A stretch of DNA of 64,000 nucleotides, taken from NCBI GenBank assembly GCA_051884805.1, contig JBJEWA010000110.1, positions 11,204-75,203 on the forward strand, read 5' to 3'. Source of the DNA: Kiritimatiellia bacterium. GTDB taxonomy: Bacteria > Verrucomicrobiota > Kiritimatiellia > RFP12 > UBA1067. The notes under the pieces were generated by a model, which saw only the letters and a list, made by a program, of their open reading frames with translations, was not told the DNA's origin and made no database searches. Below are positions 57,715 through 64,000 of the stretch, piece by piece; position 1 is the stretch's first letter; every line of letters starts with the position of its first letter. The position numbers and the translations under genes were made by a program.

Positions 57715-58496
57715 AGTCGGTGCGGACAGGCGTATCGCAGGGCAGCGTGCTCATGGAGTGCATAGTTGTCCTGCCGCTTTACCTGGCGCTGTTCGGCGGC
57801 CTGTTCTTTCTCGGGGAGGTTGCGGTCAACCGCCTGCGGATGAAGGTCGGCGACTTCTCCGTGACGTGGATGGGCGGTGACCGGCACGGCGTCGAAGTGT
57901 CGGGCGATGACCGATTCGGGATGGAGTACCTCTTCCAGGAGCGTTTCGACTCCAAGGGCTCGTACAGCGTCTGGGAGGCGCAGTATGCGAACGGCAGCGG
58001 CACGGCCGTCAACAAGATCAACTACCACTCCGCACTCTATCAGGGATGCGTCGATTTCACCGTCGGCATCCCCGATTGGATTCGCGGCCTGCTCTTTGCC
58101 CAGACCGCCATGACGGGCGCGGAAGACGGGTTGCCGGATGTGGACGGACCGCCCGGCGTTCGTGAGTGGGATGCCGTGAATGAGGTCGCGATCTTCGGGG
58201 GCGATTCCTATCCGCGTTCCGTCTCGATACACCGCATCCGCCCGGCGACGCTCCAGGATCCGTCCTTTGCCGCGGTGCTGAGGACAAACTACAACCGCGC
58301 CCGCACGGGAGGGGATGCGGAAATGGACTGGCCGGCCAAACGCGCACAGGTCATGCTGGCGGACAACACGCTGCTCAATGTCATTGCCGACAGTTGGATC
58401 GTGTCGGTCCAAGACGTAGGTGCGAACAACGTGCAGGCGATCAGCCAGGTGACTGCCGCCGATGTTCCGCGGGCGCTCGCACAGTTTGGAGAGTAG
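57711..58496 (+). CDS. Second TadE-like pseudopilin
   Basis: GTGA overlap. N-terminus SQGSVLMECIVVLPLYLALFGGLFF is the TadE-type motif. Confidence 0.7.
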   Translation: MKSVRTGVSQGSVLMECIVVLPLYLALFGGLFFLGEVAVNRLRMKVGDFSVTWMGGDRHGVEVSGDDRFGMEYLFQERFDSKGSYSVWEAQYANGSGTAVNKINYHSALYQGCVDFTVGIPDWIRGLLFAQTAMTGAEDGLPDVDGPPGVREWDAVNEVAIFGGDSYPRSVSIHRIRPATLQDPSFAAVLRTNYNRARTGGDAEMDWPAKRAQVMLADNTLLNVIADSWIVSVQDVGANNVQAISQVTAADVPRALAQFGE

Positions 58497-58500
58497 GGAT

Positions 58501-58968
58501 ATGAAAGCGACGATTATGCTGGTTCTGGCGCCGAGCCTCGTCCTCGGCGTGGCGATGGCCGAGACGGGGGGAGCGGCGGGAAACGAGCCACCGCGTTCGT
58601 GCGGGTGCGCACGCCCTGCTCCGTCCGAAGCGGACACCGGGGTGACGGCGGAGCAGCTGGATGCGGCGATTGCCGAACTGCAGCTGCTCAAGACGCGGAT
58701 TCCGCCGGGCGGATCGCTCAAGCCGCCGACCCCGAAGGAAATCGTCGCGCAGCTGGAGGCGTTCAGAAGCGAACCGGAATTTGCGCAGCTGCCGGAGGAG
58801 CAGCGACGGAAGTTCGAGGAGGGGGTGGCGCAGTTGCGCCGAGAATTGTTGCACAAGCCGGCGGCCGCCCGTCCTGCGCACGGCTGGACGTCAGCCAGTC
58901 CTTCGCCCTATGTCGTTCGCGAAAACGGACGGAGCGTTTACTTCATTCCGAAAGGACGCCGGCGGTGA
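58501..58968 (+). CDS. Small secreted protein of unknown function
   Basis: Signal peptide MKATIMLVLAPSLVLGVAMA. Helical middle region AEQLDAAIAELQLLK. Confidence 0.65.
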   Translation: MKATIMLVLAPSLVLGVAMAETGGAAGNEPPRSCGCARPAPSEADTGVTAEQLDAAIAELQLLKTRIPPGGSLKPPTPKEIVAQLEAFRSEPEFAQLPEEQRRKFEEGVAQLRRELLHKPAAARPAHGWTSASPSPYVVRENGRSVYFIPKGRRR

Positions 58969-59792
58969 GCGGGCGTTTCGAACACGTTTCGTTCGCGGCG
59001 AAAAGCGACCCCGGCCTGCAGCGCACCCGGAACGAGGACGCCTTCGGCGCGTTTCCCGCCTACGGCGTCTGGTGTGTCGCGGACGGCATGGGCGGCGGCC
59101 AGGACGGGGCTCTCGCTTCTGCGACGGCAGTCCGGTTCGTTGAGAACTATCTCCGGTCGTTTCCGCCGCTCGACCGCGCGAGCTATGCCATCGACGACGT
59201 CCTGGACAATGTGCGGGATGCGGTCAACGAAGCGTCGGAGTTCCTTTTTGATCACACGAAAAGGCTCGGACTCAAGGGGTGCGCCACGACGTTTGCCTGC
59301 ATTTGCCTGGACGGGGCCCGTCCGACGGCGGCGTTCGTCCTGCATGCGGGAGACAGCCGCGTTTATCGCCTGCGGGACGGCGTGTTGCGGCAGGTCACCA
59401 AGGACCATTCGCTCTCCGAGGCGATGGGGGTGGACGAGTCGCGCCTCAGCTGCGATCTGCGGTCGATTATCACGCGCGGCGTTGGCGTGGAAAGCGAAGT
59501 CGTGCTTGAAACGTCGCCTGTCGATCTGGCCGAAGGGGATTCGATTCTCCTCTGTACCGACGGATTGACGCGGATGGTTCCCGCTGACACGATACGGGCC
59601 GTCCTGTCGTCGGATGGGGCCTGCGACGAACAGGTGGCCTCGCTCGTTGCCGCGGCCAACGGGGCCGGGGGCGTGGACAACGTGACGGTGGAGGTGCTGA
59701 AGCTCGGGAAGCTGCCGCCGGAAAGCGACACGGTGGAAATGCGGGACGAAGATAGAATGAATACCGTCCATGTGTCGGATCGCGTCCGATGA
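58965..59792 (+). CDS. PP2C-family Ser/Thr phosphatase
   Basis: GTGA overlap. RTRNEDAF, CVADGMGG, CTDGLTRMV and GGVDNVTV are the PP2C metal-binding motifs. Confidence 0.9.
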   Translation: MSGRFEHVSFAAKSDPGLQRTRNEDAFGAFPAYGVWCVADGMGGGQDGALASATAVRFVENYLRSFPPLDRASYAIDDVLDNVRDAVNEASEFLFDHTKRLGLKGCATTFACICLDGARPTAAFVLHAGDSRVYRLRDGVLRQVTKDHSLSEAMGVDESRLSCDLRSIITRGVGVESEVVLETSPVDLAEGDSILLCTDGLTRMVPADTIRAVLSSDGACDEQVASLVAAANGAGGVDNVTVEVLKLGKLPPESDTVEMRDEDRMNTVHVSDRVR

Positions 59793-59852
59793 GGGATCCA
59801 GTGTGGCTGTCTCGTGTAACCCTAACTCCAACTAAGATCAATCAGAACTGAC

Positions 59853-60914
59853 ATGCAGGACAACAATTCGTTTCTGACGCTGTTCCTTCAACCGGTGGCG
59901 GAATATCTCGGTGACGACACCGTCAGCGAGATCCTGATCAACGGGCCCGCATGCGTGTACGTCGAACGCAAAGGCAAGCTGGAGGAGGCGCCGGCGAAGT
60001 TCGTGAGCGAACCGGCCCTGAAGGCGGCGGCCGCGAACATCGCCAAGTCGGTCGGACGAATCCTCGACGAGATGCATCCGCAGCTTGACGCTCGTCTCCC
60101 GGATGGCAGCCGCGTTCATGCGGTAATTCCGCCGCTCTCGCGGGTCGGAACGGTCATTGCGATCCGCAAATTCAAGAAGGATACGCTCACCGTCGACAAG
60201 ATGCTGGCTTTCGGCAGCATGGACGAAAAGCTGCGGCGGCTCGTCCGCGCCCTGGTTCTCCTGCACAAGAACGTGATCGTGTCGGGGGCGACTAGCTCCG
60301 GCAAGACCTCCGTTCTCAATGCCTTGAGCTCCTTCATTCCCGGGAACGAGCGCGTGCTGGTCATCGAGGACGCCAGCGAGCTTCAGCTTCAGCAACGGCA
60401 CGTCGTGCCGTTCGAGACGCGCAAGGCGGACAAGAACGGACAGGGCGAGGTGACGATTCGCGATCTCATCCGTTCGGCGTTGCGGCTCCGCCCCGACCGT
60501 ATTGTCATCGGCGAGATTCGCGGCGGCGAAGCGCTCGATCTGCTGCAGGCGCTCAATACGGGCCACGCCGGCTCGATGAGCACGATTCACGCGAACTCGC
60601 CGCTGGATGCCTTGAGCCGCATTGAGACCTGCGCGCTCCTGAGCGGCATCGACATCCCCCTGGCGGCCCTTCGCGCTCAGGTCGCGAGCGCCATCGGCGC
60701 GGTCGTCCATACGGCGCGGCTTGCCGACGGTTCGCGCAAGGTCGTGTCGGTTTCCGAAGTGCTTCCGCTCGACGGCGGCGACTATCGCGTCCGGGAGCTG
60801 CGCCGTTGGAAAACGGAGTCCATTTCGCCTGACGGCACCGTCTGCGGCGTTTTTGCAACCGGCGACGCGCCCTCGTTCGCCGAAGATGCCCGCATTGCCG
60901 GCATCGAACTGTAA
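59853..60914 (+). CDS. Second, short CpaF/VirB11-like secretion ATPase (no FHA domain)
   Basis: ILINGPACVYVERKGKL. Walker A GATSSGKTS. VIEDASEL. DRIVIGEIRGGEALDLLQALNTGHAGSMSTIHAN. Confidence 0.88.
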   Translation: MQDNNSFLTLFLQPVAEYLGDDTVSEILINGPACVYVERKGKLEEAPAKFVSEPALKAAAANIAKSVGRILDEMHPQLDARLPDGSRVHAVIPPLSRVGTVIAIRKFKKDTLTVDKMLAFGSMDEKLRRLVRALVLLHKNVIVSGATSSGKTSVLNALSSFIPGNERVLVIEDASELQLQQRHVVPFETRKADKNGQGEVTIRDLIRSALRLRPDRIVIGEIRGGEALDLLQALNTGHAGSMSTIHANSPLDALSRIETCALLSGIDIPLAALRAQVASAIGAVVHTARLADGSRKVVSVSEVLPLDGGDYRVRELRRWKTESISPDGTVCGVFATGDAPSFAEDARIAGIEL

Positions 60915-60925
60915 GGTTGCCGGTT

Positions 60926-62548
60926 ATGGACGTTTCTCGTATGCCCAAGGAGGGCGACCGGTTCGGCAACTGGATTATCGAGCGTACGCTTGATAAGGGC
61001 GGGATGGGACAGGTTTATCTCGCTTATAATCCCGATCTCGGGAAATCCGAGAAGGTTGCGCTGAAAGTCCTTGATCCGACCGTGGCCGAACGGGATGCTG
61101 ATTTTGTCAAGCGATTCTACCAAGAGGCATCCATTGTATTCAAGACGCATTGTCCGCACCTTGTGTCGATTCACGATGCGGGACGTGATGCTTCTTCGGG
61201 TTGCTACTATATCGTCATGGAGCATCTTGGCGGCGGTACGCTGCGCGACCGGATTCGGAGCCGGGGCCGCATTCCGTGGCGGGAGGCGCTGTCCGTCGTC
61301 CGGTCGGTCGCCGTGGCCCTTGCGGCCGTCGCCAAGCGGAACTCCGTCCATCGCGACATCAAGCCGGAGAACATCATGTTCACGGCGGACGGGGTTGTCA
61401 AGCTGGCGGACTTTGGCATCGCCAAGGCGGCGCAGGATGACGTGCCGGACAATGCCGATCCGTTGAAGACCCGCGCCTTGCAGATATTCGGCACGCCGTC
61501 CTATATGTCGCCGGAGCAGATGTCCGACGCTTCCAATGTCGATGCCCGCGCCGACATCTGGAGTTTGGGCGTCGTCCTCTTCGAGATGCTCGCCGGCGCA
61601 AGGCCCTATCCCGCGCAGGATCTCGTTCAGGCCGGGGCGTTTCTGCTCTCGCCGCAGCCTTTCCCCGACATCCGCACGTTTAAGGCCCCCGTCATGGTCG
61701 GTGCGCCGCTACCGGCGGAAGAAGCCATGCAGACTCAGGCTACGGTGGCAACGCTGGCGATGTGCGCGGATGCCGTGGAGGTTCCCGACGAAGTGGCCGA
61801 CCTGTTGGCCCGAATGTGCGACAAGGATCTTGGCCAGCGCATCGCCACGAGCGAAGCGGTGATCGAGGTCATCGACCGACTGCTGAAGGATTCCGATTCG
61901 ACCTCGGCTGAGGCTCCCGCTGCGGCACGGCTCGCGTCCGCGACGCGGCACGCATCCGTTTCGAGGCAGCCGCACACGGGGCGGAAAAGATGGTTGCTCC
62001 GGATTGCCTGTGCCGCTCTTGCCGTGATTTTGGGCGTACTTGGCGCTTTTGTGCTTCGGCAGCCGCATCCGCCTGCCACCTCGGCCCCCGTGTCGCCCAA
62101 TCCGACCAATCGGCCTGCGTCTAAGGTCCAGGGGACGGCGGCAAACGCGAAAACGGCCGTCTCGGGTAATGTCATGGCGAAGCCCCCGCAGCCGCTCCCG
62201 CCGGTCGCACCGACCGTCTCTCCCGCTCCTCCGTCAGGCCCGACGACGGCGGTTCTCCGGACGGTGTCGCAAGTTTCGGTATTCCAGCCGCAGCGCGGAA
62301 GCATCGCTTCGGTCCTTTCGCAGTTGGATGCGGAGATTGGCAAAAAGCCCGTCCGTCTCAAGGTGTCGCTGTCGGCCTTGGCGCAGCTAAAGGACTTGTC
62401 GGTCGAGCGCTACGAACAGCAGCTGCTGGTTCCGGCGATAGAACGTTTGCAGATGTCCGGAGTGAGCTTTTCTCTCGTGCCTGGTCCGGGGAAATATGGC
62501 TCGGTTGTCCGAGAGCTGGCCAGACGATTCGGTTGTGACCTTGATTGA
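60926..62548 (+). CDS. Hanks-type Ser/Thr protein kinase, single TM, Pro-rich linker and small extracytoplasmic C-terminal domain
   Basis: GGMGQVY, ALKVL, HRDIKPENIMF, DFGIAK, GTPSYMSPEQ. TM: LLRIACAALAVILGVLGAFVL. Confidence 0.92.
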   Translation: MDVSRMPKEGDRFGNWIIERTLDKGGMGQVYLAYNPDLGKSEKVALKVLDPTVAERDADFVKRFYQEASIVFKTHCPHLVSIHDAGRDASSGCYYIVMEHLGGGTLRDRIRSRGRIPWREALSVVRSVAVALAAVAKRNSVHRDIKPENIMFTADGVVKLADFGIAKAAQDDVPDNADPLKTRALQIFGTPSYMSPEQMSDASNVDARADIWSLGVVLFEMLAGARPYPAQDLVQAGAFLLSPQPFPDIRTFKAPVMVGAPLPAEEAMQTQATVATLAMCADAVEVPDEVADLLARMCDKDLGQRIATSEAVIEVIDRLLKDSDSTSAEAPAAARLASATRHASVSRQPHTGRKRWLLRIACAALAVILGVLGAFVLRQPHPPATSAPVSPNPTNRPASKVQGTAANAKTAVSGNVMAKPPQPLPPVAPTVSPAPPSGPTTAVLRTVSQVSVFQPQRGSIASVLSQLDAEIGKKPVRLKVSLSALAQLKDLSVERYEQQLLVPAIERLQMSGVSFSLVPGPGKYGSVVRELARRFGCDLD

Positions 62549-62549
62549 C

Positions 62550-62565
62550 AGTGACCGCCGTCACT
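62550..62565 (+). terminator. Short hairpin directly after the kinase stop (weak terminator candidate)
   Basis: AGTGAC-cgcc-GTCACT: a 6-bp stem with no clear U-tract. Confidence 0.25.
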
Positions 62566-62591
62566 CGGTCTTCCTGCCGTGCGGACCGATG

Positions 62592-62641
62592 TGCGCCGCC
62601 CGCGGCGGTTTCGTCATCCGCTTCGAGCCGGTTCGGTAGGG
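62592..62641. repeat. Right copy of the perfect 50-nt direct repeat (putative attR)
   Basis: Identical to 34184-34233. It lies 43 nt after the kinase stop and 82 nt before the GH39-like start. Confidence 0.95.
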
Positions 62642-62708
62642 CCTGCGTCCACCGGCCGTTCGGCGTCCGCCCTCCCCTGATGAAGGGATTGGGGGAAGCG
62701 CATTCCTG

Positions 62709-62717
62709 TGATAGGAT
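62709..62717 (+). promoter_or_regulatory. Extended -10 promoter (leaderless type) of the GH39-like gene
   Basis: TGaTAGGAT at 62709-62717. ATG 62724 is exactly 7 nt after the -10. No SD. Confidence 0.45.
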
Positions 62718-62723
62718 ATGGGC

Positions 62724-64000
62724 ATGAAAACCACTGTCCTTTTCCTGTCGGTTCTGGCGCTGATGCCGGTCGGGGCCGTTTCGGTTGACGTGACGGCGTC
62801 GGGTACGCCTTTCCGGCACTACTGGAGCTTTGGCGTCGGCGCCGGTCGGGTCAACGAGGGCCTTCGCGCCGCGTGGCACGAACAGCTTGTCCGCGCCCGG
62901 AAGGAGTGCGGCTTCCGCTATGTGCGCATGCACGACACCTTCAACGACGATATGTTCGTCTACCTGCAGGACGCGAAGTCGGGCAAGGTCACGCTCAACT
63001 TCCAGTACGTCGACGAGGTCTACGACCGCATGCTGGCCGAGGGCGTGCGCCCGTTCGTCGAGCTCTCGTTCTTCCCGAGCGCGCTGGCGAAGGCTGGCGG
63101 TGCGCGTCGCCAGATGTGGTATCGCAACTGCGTCGAGCCGGATCGCGCGCATTATCCCGAGTGGGGACGCCTCTGCGAGGAGTTCGCCCGTCACCTCGTC
63201 GGCCGCTACGGCATCGAGGAGATCGCGACGTGGTACTTCGAGGTCTGGAACGAGCCCAATCTCTACCATGGCTTTTTTCACGGCACGAAGAGCGATTATT
63301 TCGAGCTCTATCGGGTCTCGGCCACCGCCTTGAAGCGCGTGGATGCGCGGCTCCGGGTGGGCGGGCCGGCGACTTCGAACTTCATTCCCGATGCGCGCCA
63401 TGACGGCGAGATCCAGGACAACACGATGAGCCGTTTCTATCCGCAGGCGACGATCAACCGGCAGCAGTGGAAGGGCGTGTGGATCGAGGAGTTCCTCGCC
63501 TGGTGCGCCCGGGAGCGGCTTCCGGTCGATTTCGTCAGCTGCCATCCGTATCCGACGGACTACGCGCTCGATCCCGAGTCGGGTCGCTCCAAGGATGCGA
63601 TTCGCCATGTCCACTCGCTCCGCGACGACCTGGACTGGCTCCGGGCCGCGCTTGCGCGGAGCGCGTATCCGCAGGCGGAGATTCATCTGACGGAATGGTC
63701 CACCTCGCCGAACTCCCGCGACCCGATGCACGACCGCCTGCCGCCGTGCGCGTACCTCGCGAAGGCGATCTTCGCGAACCTCAACAAGGTCGATTCGCTC
63801 ATGTACTGGACCTTCTCCGACATCTTCGAGGAGAAGGGCGGCGGCGGCGAAATCTTCCACGGCTCGTTCGGACTGCTCAACTTCCAGGGCATCCCGAAGC
63901 CGACGTATCATGCCTTCCGCATGTTCCATCAGCTCGGCGACGTGGCGATCTGCAATGCGGACCCCGTCTTGGTGACGCGCAACTCCAAGACCGGCAAGAC
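62724..64000 (+). CDS. GH39-like glycoside hydrolase (beta-xylosidase / alpha-L-iduronidase family), 3' end outside the window
   Basis: Not in the ORF track because it runs off the window. My translation from ATG 62724 gives MKTTVLFLSVLALMPVGA..., WYFEVWNEPN (acid/base motif), IHLTEWSTSPN (nucleophile region) and FGLLNFQGIPKPTYHAF. Confidence 0.85.
   Translation, partial: MKTTVLFLSVLALMPVGAVSVDVTASGTPFRHYWSFGVGAGRVNEGLRAAWHEQLVRARKECGFRYVRMHDTFNDDMFVYLQDAKSGKVTLNFQYVDEVYDRMLAEGVRPFVELSFFPSALAKAGGARRQMWYRNCVEPDRAHYPEWGRLCEEFARHLVGRYGIEEIATWYFEVWNEPNLYHGFFHGTKSDYFELYRVSATALKRVDARLRVGGPATSNFIPDARHDGEIQDNTMSRFYPQATINRQQWKGVWIEEFLAWCARERLPVDFVSCHPYPTDYALDPESGRSKDAIRHVHSLRDDLDWLRAALARSAYPQAEIHLTEWSTSPNSRDPMHDRLPPCAYLAKAIFANLNKVDSLMYWTFSDIFEEKGGGGEIFHGSFGLLNFQGIPKPTYHAFRMFHQLGDVAICNADPVLVTRNSKTGK

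Larger units (their letters stand above)
34184..62641. mobile_element. Putative 28.4-kb genomic island (integrase-less) bounded by 50-nt direct repeats, carrying the envelope-lipoprotein module and the Tad/FHA/kinase locus
   Basis: The perfect 50-nt direct repeat duplicates the 3' end of the GH97-like gene. CAZyme genes lie on both flanks. Sampled 60-nt lines inside are ~50-62% GC against ~60-78% outside (by eye). Island genes start with SD sites whereas flanking first genes are leaderless. No recombinase is recognisable between the repeats. Confidence 0.45.

Noticed and set aside
59833-59838. TAAGAT as a -10 element for an internal promoter in the 60-nt AT-rich gap before the second ATPase gene.
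   Set aside because: There is no acceptable -35 or TG extension at the right spacing. It may exist, but the sequence alone does not support a call.
34234-62591. Looked for an integrase, recombinase, transposase, relaxase or phage genes between the direct repeats, on both strands.
   Set aside because: None is recognisable by motif. All + strand ORFs are accounted for, and the minus-strand ORFs look spurious. The island call therefore rests on the repeat, composition and context only, and its confidence is moderate.
62545-62727. A 60-aa ORF (62545-62727) spanning the right direct repeat.
   Set aside because: It has no SD and an Arg/Ser/Ala-rich translation. It overlaps the repeat in a different frame from the GH97 tail and overlaps the GH39 promoter, so it is judged spurious.

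Overview
High-GC bacterial chromosome segment (about 65-70% GC judged by eye, not computed). All ~45 supportable genes lie on the + strand. The long minus-strand ORFs in the track look like GC-driven artefacts.

Left 34 kb:
- A pseudouridine-synthase 3' fragment and carB.
- A CAZyme-rich block of large secreted multidomain glycoside hydrolases with GH116-, GH78-, GH28+GH2- and GH97-like regions.
- Glycine-rich, Pmp-like beta-helix surface proteins.
- A NarL-type two-component pair.
- A cluster of REP-like hairpin repeats and tRNA-Leu(UAA).
- A DUF3298 lipoprotein.
- A lytic-transglycosylase-like gene interrupted by an in-frame TAG.
- Several first genes of transcription units appear leaderless. 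Four of them share a rigid GGGTAGTTG-N21-TATAAT-N6-ATG cassette.

Main candidate system, 34.2-62.6 kb: a 28.4-kb, visibly lower-GC block bounded by a perfect 50-nt direct repeat, in which the 3' end of the GH97-like gene is duplicated. It carries:
- Its own TTGACA/TACAAT promoter.
- A C6G17 homopolymer.
- An outer-membrane/lipoprotein module (YcfL-, LpoB- and PEGA-like).
- A ~22-kb translationally coupled Tad/Flp-type operon combined with four FHA domains, a PP2C phosphatase, a Hanks kinase and a second CpaF-like ATPase. No TadZ/CpaE or TadD is recognisable.

A GH39-like gene follows the right repeat and runs off the window. Gene content (Pmp-like GGA[ILV]/FxxN repeats, CAZyme load) suggests a PVC-group organism, but this is inference only. 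No CRISPR array, rRNA, transposase or integrase was recognised.
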